Virus record (IMG/VR): IMGVR_UViG_3300045988_139610
Origin: a virus
Direction: 5' to 3' (one strand)
Length of the DNA: 64,000 nt
Shown: positions 44,151-52,603 of the stretch, in pieces
Numbering within the stretch: the first letter of the stretch is position 1
Layout: each line of letters starts with the position of its first letter
Translations under genes and position numbers: made by a program
The notes under the pieces: model-generated
Seen by the model: the letters and a program-made list of their open reading frames with translations, nothing else
What the model was told of the DNA's origin: nothing
Databases searched by the model: none

Positions 44151-45107
44151 TTAAAAAATACTTGTCTTTATAAATAAGTCAGTATAATACTTAATTTTAT
44201 TATTTAACACAGCTTTAAAGTAAGGATATATATTATAATCTATTTTATCTACATTAAATTTAGATAATGTTATATTGACTGATTCAATAAAAGACTGTTT
44301 CATATCTTCATACGTGAAATCTATTAACTCAAAATCTTTTTGAAGAGACGACATACAATTATTTGATATTAAACTCTTATTAGGAATGTATGACAATGGT
44401 GAAATTTGTTCAGTTTGTTTCTTTTTAAAATATACTCTTTTATCTAAATCTTTCACATGAAATGTTATAGATTTTACACTTCGTCCCTTTTTATTTTCAG
44501 TATATGATAATTCAAACATTCCAGTATTATTTAATTCCTTTTTAGCTCGTTGAAGAACATTTCTTTTAAAATCAGCATACAAATTATATTTGTTGTTTAA
44601 CATTAATAAATCTTTTAATTCGTCTAGTTCATATGTTATATTTTCTTTTGTATTACTCCATAATCTAAGAAGGTCATATAATCTTTGGCTATATATTGAT
44701 TTTAAAGTTAAAAATATTTTCATATTAATAGGTGTATAAGCTTTGTAATTCATAAGAAGATGATAAACTTTATCAATGACAACTATTTTAAATAAATCTT
44801 CTTTTTTATTATATTCATACCCAGCTATAATACTATATTTACAGCTCCACTCACCATCTTCTCTAAAATATATTTTTTCATCTAGCATATTATCTAATAC
44901 TTTTTTAATACCTGGAACTGTTTTCTGTGTTTTATTTGAAATAAGATTTTGAAATTCTTGTTTGCTTATATAGCAATATGCATTGCCAGACTTAGCCTTC
45001 TGAAGTTTATACAATATGAAAATAAATATATTATTATGCATGAGAGATATGTTATATCTAGCACTAACTATCGTATTATTTTTCATAAGTATTTGATTTT
45101 TACTCAT
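44151..45107 (-). CDS. Rep_3-family-like plasmid replication initiator
   Basis: N-terminal …NTIVSARYNISLMHNNIFIFILYKLQK matches the Rep_3 signature (NxLIxARYxLSLxExRLxL); iterons directly upstream. Confidence 0.7.
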   Translation of the reverse strand: MSKNQILMKNNTIVSARYNISLMHNNIFIFILYKLQKAKSGNAYCYISKQEFQNLISNKTQKTVPGIKKVLDNMLDEKIYFREDGEWSCKYSIIAGYEYNKKEDLFKIVVIDKVYHLLMNYKAYTPINMKIFLTLKSIYSQRLYDLLRLWSNTKENITYELDELKDLLMLNNKYNLYADFKRNVLQRAKKELNNTGMFELSYTENKKGRSVKSITFHVKDLDKRVYFKKKQTEQISPLSYIPNKSLISNNCMSSLQKDFELIDFTYEDMKQSFIESVNITLSKFNVDKIDYNIYPYFKAVLNNKIKYYTDLFIKTSIF

Positions 45108-45143
45108 ATTAAACCTCCTTAATTTCTCATAGTTATATTATAA

Positions 45144-45312
45144 CCCTTAATATCTCGTATTAATAGCCCCTTATTTTAACATATTTAAAGTTATTATGAG
45201 TAATTAAGGAAATAAAATGCCCTTAAAAACACATATTTATAAACGAAATGATACTTAATTTAACATATATATCCCTTAAAAACACATATTAAGACCTTTA
45301 AAACTCATATAT
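45144..45312. repeat. iteron array upstream of rep (5 copies of CCCTTAnnnnnnC(A/G)TAT-like 18-mers)
   Basis: copies start at 45144, 45168, 45220, 45273 and 45295; 45220 and 45273 are identical (CCCTTAAAAACACATATT). Confidence 0.7.
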
Positions 45313-45403
45313 AATATGATGGACACAAGAAATATCAATAGAAGTAGCTTTCTTAAATACTATTAAATACTAAATTAAATACTATATATATTAAAAATAA
45401 TAT

Positions 45404-45452
45404 AATTCATAGGTAATTTTTCATTATTAGTTGTTAATTATATAAATATAAT
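45404..45452 (+). promoter_or_regulatory. class-2 promoter-like two-box motif, copy f
   Basis: ttcataggtaatttttcattattagttgttaattatataaatataat. Confidence 0.45.
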
Positions 45453-45526
45453 ACATATATTTGGAGTGTTTTTGTAATGGTGTCAAAGAAACTTAATAAA
45501 AAATAAGATGGACAAACATTTTTTTG

Positions 45527-45570
45527 TAATTCATAGGTAATTTTTTATACAGTTATGTTAATACATAAAT
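45527..45570 (+). promoter_or_regulatory. class-2 promoter-like two-box motif, copy g
   Basis: ttcataggtaattttttatacagttatgttaatacataaataag, 30 nt upstream of the SD of 45599..45829. Confidence 0.5.
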
Positions 45571-45598
45571 AAGAAATAAATAAAAAGGAGTTGATATT

Positions 45599-45829
45599 AT
45601 GTGGAGATATGCTGGTAAAAATAGTGCGACATTATCAGGAGCTGTGATAACTGCATTTGTATTATTTAAAGCTTTAAAATATTCAGTTATAGTTGGTGAA
45701 GCATTTGGAGAGGTGGCTTTCATAATAACATTAACAGGAATTATGTTTCTCCCTATGATTACATTACTACTAATGGTAGTAATTCACGATACTATAATTA
45801 AAAAGAGAAAAGATAAAAATCATAAGTAA
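45599..45829 (+). CDS. small membrane protein (2 predicted TM helices)
   Basis: 76-aa hydrophobic ORF with SD AAAGGAG. Confidence 0.65.
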   Translation: MWRYAGKNSATLSGAVITAFVLFKALKYSVIVGEAFGEVAFIITLTGIMFLPMITLLLMVVIHDTIIKKRKDKNHK

Positions 45830-45881
45830 TTTTTAAATAACTAATGTTAATATAATAATATAAGAAAGGAGGTGGTAGACC

Positions 45882-46100
45882 ATGAATGTCTTACAAAAGA
45901 TGAAAAAGATATTACTTAAGACATTCTTAAGTTTCGCTGATATTATATGCATATTGAGTGTAATATATGTTTTGTTATATATGATATACATTATAGGTGT
46001 ATCTCTTGCAACTGAAAACTTAACAGATGTTGCCATTGATTGTATTCTGCTTTTTGGAGCGTTAATGATTTTTTATATTTTTAGTGATATGATATCATAA
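45882..46100 (+). CDS. small membrane protein
   Basis: 72-aa hydrophobic ORF with SD AAGGAGGTGG. Confidence 0.65.
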   Translation: MNVLQKMKKILLKTFLSFADIICILSVIYVLLYMIYIIGVSLATENLTDVAIDCILLFGALMIFYIFSDMIS

Positions 46101-46116
46101 AAGGAGGATTAATAAT

Positions 46117-46398
46117 ATGAAGAGAAAATTTTTAGATGTTATTGAAAGTATAGTTTTAGGTGCTGTAGTATTATTAATAAGTTTTGCTGTAGGTATTACG
46201 ATACCATATATAGTGTATATCTTAATATCAAGTATTCATATATCTTGGAATATAAATTTAGAACCTATATTTAGATATGTAATTTTATTTTTAATTAGTT
46301 TAGTAACTATTTATGGGGCTTATGAAATAGGTAGTGATTTATTATGGGGTTATAAAAGAAAAAGAAATAATAAAGATTTTGGAAAAGATAATGAATAG
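46117..46398 (+). CDS. small membrane protein
   Basis: 93-aa hydrophobic ORF with SD AAAGGAGGA. Confidence 0.65.
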   Translation: MKRKFLDVIESIVLGAVVLLISFAVGITIPYIVYILISSIHISWNINLEPIFRYVILFLISLVTIYGAYEIGSDLLWGYKRKRNNKDFGKDNE

Positions 46399-46458
46399 AA
46401 AATGGATTGTATAAAAAATATAAGTATTATCAAAAATAATTAATAAGGAGAGGATAAT

Positions 46459-46671
46459 ATGAAAAAATGGAACTTAGAAAGTGCCAAAAAAGATTATTGT
46501 AAAACACATCATAAAAAATATAAAAAAGAAAAAATAGATTGCATGTATTGTGAATTTGCAGAATGGACTTATGATTGTGACATATATTGTCCTATAAAAG
46601 AAAAGGTGATTATTTTCTTTACAAATATACACGCAAAAAGATGTAAGTATTATCAACGTAGAAATAATTAA
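46459..46671 (+). CDS. small Cys-rich basic protein
   Basis: 70-aa ORF with SD AAGGAGAGG; ends RRNN inside the 15-mer. Confidence 0.6.
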   Translation: MKKWNLESAKKDYCKTHHKKYKKEKIDCMYCEFAEWTYDCDIYCPIKEKVIIFFTNIHAKRCKYYQRRNN

Positions 46672-46688
46672 TAAAAGGAGGTGATAAT

Positions 46689-47465
46689 ATGAAGAAAATA
46701 GATAGAACAGGTGAAATAAGTTATAACACTTTTGGTAGTAAGATAATTATAGTTAAATATAGAAATGCAAAAGATATAGATGTATATTTTCCAGAATACG
46801 ATTGGACTGCCAAAAATGTCCAATATAATAATTTTCAAATAGGTAAAATTGGATGTCCCTATGAAAGAAGAGTTTGTGATGTTGGTTATATTGGTGAGGG
46901 AGAATATGAGAGTAGAGAAAATGGCAAAAAGACAAAAGTTCATAACACTTGGAGTCATATGATAAAAAGATGTTATGATAAAAAATATAAAGAAAAACAT
47001 CCTACATATGTTGATTGCAAAGTTTGTGAGGAATGGTTAAATTTTCAAAACTTTGCTAAATGGTATTATGATAACTATTATGAGATAGAAGGACAACAAA
47101 TGCAACTTGATAAGGATATTTTGGTTAAAGGAAATAAAGTTTATTCACCAGATACTTGCATATTTGTACCACAAGCAATAAATAAATTATTTGTTAAAAG
47201 TAATAGCAGTAGGGGTGAATCGGTTATAGGGACACATCATGATAAAAATGATAGATATCAAGTAAATTGTCATATGATTAATCCTAAAACAGGAAAATCA
47301 AAAGGTAAATATTTAGGGATTTACGATACAGAACTAGAGGCATTTAAAGTATATAAATATTATAAAGAAGAGAATATTAAGGAAGTGGCAGATTATTACA
47401 AAAATTTAATTCCACAGAAACTATATCAAGTATTATATAATTATGAAGTAGAAATTGATGATTAA
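46689..47465 (+). CDS. AP2-domain / homing-endonuclease-like DNA-binding protein
   Basis: collinear paralog of 22633..23409 (FPEYDW, CPYER, GEGEY, RCYDKKY, EGQQM…LDKDILVK, EVADYYK…IPQKLY shared). Confidence 0.55.
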   Translation: MKKIDRTGEISYNTFGSKIIIVKYRNAKDIDVYFPEYDWTAKNVQYNNFQIGKIGCPYERRVCDVGYIGEGEYESRENGKKTKVHNTWSHMIKRCYDKKYKEKHPTYVDCKVCEEWLNFQNFAKWYYDNYYEIEGQQMQLDKDILVKGNKVYSPDTCIFVPQAINKLFVKSNSSRGESVIGTHHDKNDRYQVNCHMINPKTGKSKGKYLGIYDTELEAFKVYKYYKEENIKEVADYYKNLIPQKLYQVLYNYEVEIDD

Positions 47466-47467
47466 AT

Positions 47468-47482
47468 AAAAATAATTAATAA
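47468..47482 (+). repeat. representative + orientation copy of the 15-mer, 3 nt upstream of the SD
   Basis: aaaaataattaataaAAAGGAGG-N8-ATG. Confidence 0.8.
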
Positions 47483-47497
47483 AAAGGAGGAGATAAT

Positions 47498-48697
47498 ATG
47501 GAGAACCAATGTAAAATAACTGTAGTAGATGCACCATGTGGGTACGGCAAGACTTCGTTTGCAATACAATACATGAATAATGAGCTATTTGAAAGATTTA
47601 TGTATATAACACCGTTTTTATCTGAAATAAATAGAGTAATTAAAACTTGTGACCAAAGAGAGTTTAGAAAGCCAAATGAGAAACTAGGGAAAGGAAGTAA
47701 GACAAATCACTTCTATGAACTTGTAAAAGAAGGTTATAACGTAATTTCAACACATTCTTTATTTAGAGGGTTAAGTCAAGAAGTAATAAATGATATTCGA
47801 GAAGGTGAGTATATACTCATATTAGATGAAGTATGTGATGTTGTCGAACAAATTTCAATATCCAAGAGAGATATTGAAATATTAATAAATGAAAAAATAA
47901 TTGAAATAGACGAAGAAAATAAAGCCCATTGGATAGATGATACATATGAAGGTAAATTTAGTAGTATGAAAAATCCAATTAAAAATGGCGATGTATATTT
48001 CTTTAATAATTCACTAATGTTATGGACATTTCCAATTAATATATTTACAGCTTTTAAAGAGGTTTACATATTAACATATATGTTTAAAGGTCAAGTACAA
48101 AGATATTATTACGATTTAAATAACGTAGAATATGAATATAAATCAATAGATAAAATTGATAGCAAATATAATTTATGTGAATATCAAGAAATCAACGGTA
48201 GTAAATATAAAGACTTAATACATATATATGAAGGTAAATTAAATTCTATAGGAGATAAGACTACTGCACTGTCTAAAAGTTGGTATGATAAATCTAGCAA
48301 GAAGGAATTGATGAAAAAATTAAAGAATAATACAGCAAACTATTTTACACATATAGTTAAAGGAAAGGGTAAATTTAATATGTGGACTTGTTTTGAGGAT
48401 TATAAACAACAATGTAAAGGTAAAGGTTATACAAATGGATTTGTACCTTGTAATAGCAGAGCAACTAATGAATATAAAGATAAAACTAATTGTGCTTATT
48501 TAATAAATAGATATTATAAACCCACAATTAATAATTTCTTTGTTGATAAAGGAGTTAAAATAGACGAAGATATTTGGAGTTTATCTGAATTAATTCAATG
48601 GTTATTTAGAAGTGCAATAAGAGAAGAAAAAGAAATTAATTTATATATACCATCTAAGAGAATGAGAAATTTATTAATTATTTGGTTAGATAAGTAA
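47498..48697 (+). CDS. SF2-like P-loop NTPase/helicase-like protein (intact paralog)
   Basis: DAPCGYGKTS Walker A, ILILDEV Walker B, QWLFRSAIR motif-VI-like. Confidence 0.7.
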   Translation: MENQCKITVVDAPCGYGKTSFAIQYMNNELFERFMYITPFLSEINRVIKTCDQREFRKPNEKLGKGSKTNHFYELVKEGYNVISTHSLFRGLSQEVINDIREGEYILILDEVCDVVEQISISKRDIEILINEKIIEIDEENKAHWIDDTYEGKFSSMKNPIKNGDVYFFNNSLMLWTFPINIFTAFKEVYILTYMFKGQVQRYYYDLNNVEYEYKSIDKIDSKYNLCEYQEINGSKYKDLIHIYEGKLNSIGDKTTALSKSWYDKSSKKELMKKLKNNTANYFTHIVKGKGKFNMWTCFEDYKQQCKGKGYTNGFVPCNSRATNEYKDKTNCAYLINRYYKPTINNFFVDKGVKIDEDIWSLSELIQWLFRSAIREEKEINLYIPSKRMRNLLIIWLDK

Positions 48698-48834
48698 TTT
48701 TGTTACCTCTAAGGTTGCAAAATCAAAAATCGCACTTTAAAATAACATAGTTTTATCGCAATATTTTAAAGACAAAAAATTCATTTTCTTAAAAGAATAA
48801 AAGAAGAGTAAAAATAATTAATAAAGAGATAATT

Positions 48835-48854
48835 CCCCTTATTGAGATAAGGGG
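48835..48854 (+). other. hairpin CCCCTTAT/ATAAGGGG abutting an SD that leads only an 8-codon ORF
   Basis: read in sequence; followed by AAGGAGG and then TTG GTT TTT AAT TAT TAT GAC GAC TAG. Confidence 0.4.
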
Positions 48855-48943
48855 AAGGAGGAATAATAATTTGGTTTTTAATTATTATGACGACTAGGGG
48901 ATGAAGAATTATATTTATTCAAAGTGATAATAAAAATAATTTT

Positions 48944-48995
48944 AACTCATAGGTAATTTATATGACGCTAATGTTAATATAGTAATATAAGGAGG
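48944..48995 (+). promoter_or_regulatory. class-2 promoter-like two-box motif, copy h
   Basis: ctcataggtaatttatatgacgctaatgttaatatagtaatataaggagg, near-identical to copy c on the other arm. Confidence 0.6.
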
Positions 48996-49104
48996 TGGTG
49001 AAAATATCTAACGAAAGCTTTTGTAAGAGTTTTTAATTGAAAATAGGATTAGTTATTCAAGAAAGAGATAGAATTGCTTAAAATTGAATTTAGGAGGTAT
49101 AGAC

Positions 49105-49347
49105 ATGAAAGTATATATTGTCACAGAAATATATTTTAGTGAAGAAGGAGTTCATAGGGAAGTTAAATGTATTTGTAAAGATAAGAATACAGCTAGAGAT
49201 AAAATGAAAGAATATGCAAAGAAACAACTAGAGGAACAATTTGAATATGAAGATTGGGCAATAACAACGATAGAAGACGATAAATGTATTTTAGAGGGTT
49301 TATATGAAACACTTGTATTTAAAGTTAAAGAATGGGAGGTGATATAG
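49105..49347 (+). CDS. hypothetical protein
   Basis: start moved to the ATG (MKVYIV…) after TAGGAGG; the track start 49084 is TTG. Confidence 0.65.
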   Translation: MKVYIVTEIYFSEEGVHREVKCICKDKNTARDKMKEYAKKQLEEQFEYEDWAITTIEDDKCILEGLYETLVFKVKEWEVI

Positions 49348-49348
49348 A

Positions 49349-49507
49349 ATGAGTAGAGTTGTTAATACGGACAGGGTTATAAAAATAGAAGAAAAAATTA
49401 AACAAGCAATTGAAGAAGGTAAAAATAAAGAACATATAGAAAGATTGTTCTGGAGTTTAGAACGTATAGAGTATAAAATAGATAGAATAGATGATTATTC
49501 AAAGTAG
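49349..49507 (+). CDS. small hypothetical protein (52 aa)
   Basis: hand-translated MSRVVNTDRVIKIEEKIKQAIEEG…; SD GGGAGGTGA. Confidence 0.5.
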   Translation: MSRVVNTDRVIKIEEKIKQAIEEGKNKEHIERLFWSLERIEYKIDRIDDYSK

Positions 49508-49536
49508 AAAATAATTAATAAAAAGGAGGAAATGTT

Positions 49537-50313
49537 ATGAATATAAATTATAAATTATATCAAGGGGATTGTTTAGAAGTAATGGATGGATTAATTGAAG
49601 AAGGTATAAAATTTGATGCTATAATTGCAGACCCGCCTTATGGAACAACTGCATGTAAATGGGATTCAGTTATACCATTTGATGCAATGTGGGAGAGATT
49701 GAATAAATTAATAAAAGATAATGGAGCAATAGTATTATTTGGTAGTCAACCTTTTACAAGTGAGTTAGTCCATAGTAACATTAATAACTATAAACACTAT
49801 TGGATTTGGGATAAAGAAATATGTGGTGCTTTTGCATTGGCAAAGAAAAGACCAATGATTGTGACAGAAGAAATATTAGTATTTTCAAAAAATAATAATA
49901 GAATTAATTATTATCCTATAATGGAAGATGCAATTTCTAAAAATATTAGACCTGTAAATTTAGGAAGTTCAGTTAGTGAAGCAACCCCTGTTTCAAGTGG
50001 AATTGCTAAAAGTGATAAAAACTATAATCCAAAAAAAAGATACCCTAAAAACATAATTAAATATTCAAAGTATAATAAAGAGTGTAACCAATTAAATAGA
50101 GTACACCCAACACAAAAACCTGTGGAGATATTAGAATATTTAATAAAAACATATACTAATGAAGGAGATTTAGTATTAGATTTTACAATGGGTAGTGGTT
50201 CAACTGGAGTTGCATGCTTAAATACAAATAGAAAATTTATTGGCATTGAATTGGATGAGAAATACTTTAATATAGCTAAGGATAGAATAGAAGAATTAGA
50301 TAAAAATAATTAA
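49537..50313 (+). CDS. DNA methyltransferase (N6/N4 type, DPPY motif)
   Basis: IADPPYG and LDFTMGSGSTGVA…IGIELD; paralog of 2492..3265. Confidence 0.9.
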   Translation: MNINYKLYQGDCLEVMDGLIEEGIKFDAIIADPPYGTTACKWDSVIPFDAMWERLNKLIKDNGAIVLFGSQPFTSELVHSNINNYKHYWIWDKEICGAFALAKKRPMIVTEEILVFSKNNNRINYYPIMEDAISKNIRPVNLGSSVSEATPVSSGIAKSDKNYNPKKRYPKNIIKYSKYNKECNQLNRVHPTQKPVEILEYLIKTYTNEGDLVLDFTMGSGSTGVACLNTNRKFIGIELDEKYFNIAKDRIEELDKNN

Positions 50314-50332
50314 TAAAATAGGGGTGGATAAA

Positions 50333-51514
50333 ATGTCAAGAGTATATTTCAATAGATTTTTTAGTAAAATAGATAAAAAGGGTATATATGATTATGCAAA
50401 ATTAGATACAAATATAAATGATTTAGAAGAGAGAATACAATATGTATATGATTTATTAAATGTAGTGAAAGATGAAAATGGAACAGAATTTAGTAACGAT
50501 GAATTTTGGAATGAAATATTCGTTCAACGTATTAATAAAACAAGTTATATTGATTTAATGCCTAATTCAGAAACAGAATTATATTCTGAATCAAATATAG
50601 CAAAGACTTTAGAGGCTATAGCAAATTATATAATGTGGTGTGACCCTAATAAAAAAAAGAAAGAACATATTAAAATATATGACAATGAAAAGAAGTTTCA
50701 AGATGCTATATCTAAAGATAGAAAATATTTTGATACATATGGAGAATCGGTAGATGATGGTGTTATTATATTAAGGAGAAAAGAAAATTACAAGAAAGCT
50801 AAAGATGAAAAAGTTACAGCTGAAGATTTAAAAAATTATCCAGAGTTAAGAGAATATAAAAAAGAAATAGATAGATTGAGTTCTTACATAAGAGAAGATA
50901 GATTGGATGAGTTTATGGAGTACATGCAAAACAAAGGACACACTAAGATTAAAACGGAAAGACAGGCTAAATCATTTTTAGTAAATCACATAGGAGAACT
51001 TAAAAAAGACATGTTACAAGCAAAAATAGAATTAGCAAGACCTATTGTTTGGAAAGCTCCATTAAAAGATGCAGGAGAGGCTGATTGGGATGAACTTGAT
51101 GAATTGGATTCTACTCATATGAAAGCTTTATTACAATTATATAGAGAATTAGAAGTATATGATTTTCAAAGCGATTTAGGATGTATATTTAAAGATTTAG
51201 AAGATGTACTCAGTGAGGTTAAACTGACTGAAAAACAAGAAGAATTATTAAATTTATGGATGAAAGGTATGACGGTTAGTAAAATAGCTAAAGAGTTAAA
51301 TAAAAGCGTAGGTACAGTAAGTAAATATTTAGACAGAATAGTTAATAAAATAGTTGAGGTATATGAAGAAAAATTGGAAAATTGGTATTATTTAAATATA
51401 AGAAAAGGAGAATATAAACGTTGTAATAAATGTGGTGAAATTAAATTAATTAATAAATTTTATAAAGAATCAAATGGTGGATATAAAACTAAGTGTAAAA
51501 AATGTATGAATTAA
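50333..51514 (+). CDS. sigma-like / late transcription regulator with C-terminal Zn-ribbon
   Basis: LTEKQEELLNLWMKGMTVSKIAKELNKSVGTVSKYLDRIVNKI is a sigma region-4/LuxR-type HTH; start set to the ATG after AGGGGTGG. Confidence 0.55.
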   Translation: MSRVYFNRFFSKIDKKGIYDYAKLDTNINDLEERIQYVYDLLNVVKDENGTEFSNDEFWNEIFVQRINKTSYIDLMPNSETELYSESNIAKTLEAIANYIMWCDPNKKKKEHIKIYDNEKKFQDAISKDRKYFDTYGESVDDGVIILRRKENYKKAKDEKVTAEDLKNYPELREYKKEIDRLSSYIREDRLDEFMEYMQNKGHTKIKTERQAKSFLVNHIGELKKDMLQAKIELARPIVWKAPLKDAGEADWDELDELDSTHMKALLQLYRELEVYDFQSDLGCIFKDLEDVLSEVKLTEKQEELLNLWMKGMTVSKIAKELNKSVGTVSKYLDRIVNKIVEVYEEKLENWYYLNIRKGEYKRCNKCGEIKLINKFYKESNGGYKTKCKKCMN

Positions 51515-51660
51515 TATATAAAAAATACACTATTTTTATTATCGAAAAAATATGCTACTTTTTTCGTAGTATAAATAGCGTATTTTGTGTAAGGCTAAAA
51601 AAGCCTACAATATTTGTTATTTTTATTAATATTTTATAATTTATTAAGGGGGTATGTTTT

Positions 51661-51963
51661 ATGGAAATAAACGTAGTAAAAGAATTACAAGGAGCTTTAG
51701 AAGAAAGAGGCTTAAAAGTATCTCAAGCAGAGGCTAGAGAAATATTAAAAGGATTAGAAGATACTGTTTCTTCAATATATCAACAAATGGAAGTAGGAGA
51801 CACAGTTAGTATGGGAATGTTCCTAGTTGATAAGAAGATACAAAAAGGTAGAGAGGGTGTATTAAAAACTAAAGAAGGACAAGCTACACCTTATAAAACA
51901 GATGATAAAGTTACTGTAAAAGTTAGACTTAAAAAATCTGTAAAAGAAAGAATAGAAGAATAA
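51661..51963 (+). CDS. HU/IHF-family (type II) DNA-binding protein
   Basis: length and pattern (…LKVSQAEAREILKGLEDTV…GDTVSMGMFLVDKK…G…TPYKTDDKVTVKVRL) fit the HU fold. Confidence 0.6.
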   Translation: MEINVVKELQGALEERGLKVSQAEAREILKGLEDTVSSIYQQMEVGDTVSMGMFLVDKKIQKGREGVLKTKEGQATPYKTDDKVTVKVRLKKSVKERIEE

Positions 51964-51983
51964 TTAATAAAGGGAGGATAAAT

Positions 51984-52286
51984 ATGAAAATTTTAAGAAT
52001 GGATAGAGGAAATGGTAAAACTTTCCACTTGATAAAATTATCTGCTATCCTTGATTCTCCCATAATATGCGCTACAGAACAAAGTAAAAAATACATATTA
52101 GATAAAGCAAGAGAAATGTGGTTAGAAATACCAGAACCGATAGTGGTGAATAGAAATAATTTTGAAATAGTTATGAGAGGAAGAAACACAGATTTATTAA
52201 TAGATGATTTAGAATTAGTATTGAAAGGTTTGTTTGGAAGCGATGTGGTTGTTGCTACAACAAGTGAATCTGTTTTAGAATTTTAA
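51984..52286 (+). CDS. hypothetical protein
   Basis: 100-aa ORF with SD AAGGGAGGA. Confidence 0.65.
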   Translation: MKILRMDRGNGKTFHLIKLSAILDSPIICATEQSKKYILDKAREMWLEIPEPIVVNRNNFEIVMRGRNTDLLIDDLELVLKGLFGSDVVVATTSESVLEF

Positions 52287-52303
52287 ATGGGAGGAAAAGA
52301 GTA

Positions 52304-52585
52304 ATGTTTAATAAATATTATATTTTCAATGAAGATACAGACAATAAATTAAAAGAGTTGGGATTTGAATTAAATAAGGATACATTAACGTATGAAATGG
52401 TATGTTATGATTGTAATAGAATAATAGCATATACGGTAAATGATAAGAGTGCAGGGGTTCAAAGAATATACCCTACAGGTGTACGTAGTAAAATATTTAA
52501 AACAGATATATATCGTTTTTATAATTTTGAAGAGATAAAATCGTCGTTAAAATATATGCTTGAACAATTGGTTTGTAACAATTAA
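52304..52585 (+). CDS. hypothetical protein
   Basis: 93-aa ORF with SD TGGGAGGAA. Confidence 0.65.
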   Translation: MFNKYYIFNEDTDNKLKELGFELNKDTLTYEMVCYDCNRIIAYTVNDKSAGVQRIYPTGVRSKIFKTDIYRFYNFEEIKSSLKYMLEQLVCNN

Positions 52586-52603
52586 TAAATGGGGAGTGGT
52601 TCG

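Noticed and set aside
45833-47000. Minus-strand ORFs 45833..46036, 46474..46656, 46668..47000 and 46753..46935, plus 50022..50246, 51929..52189, 52948..53154 and 61881..62165 on the right arm
   Set aside because: They are antisense to SD-led + strand genes, several of which have clear domains. They have no SD.
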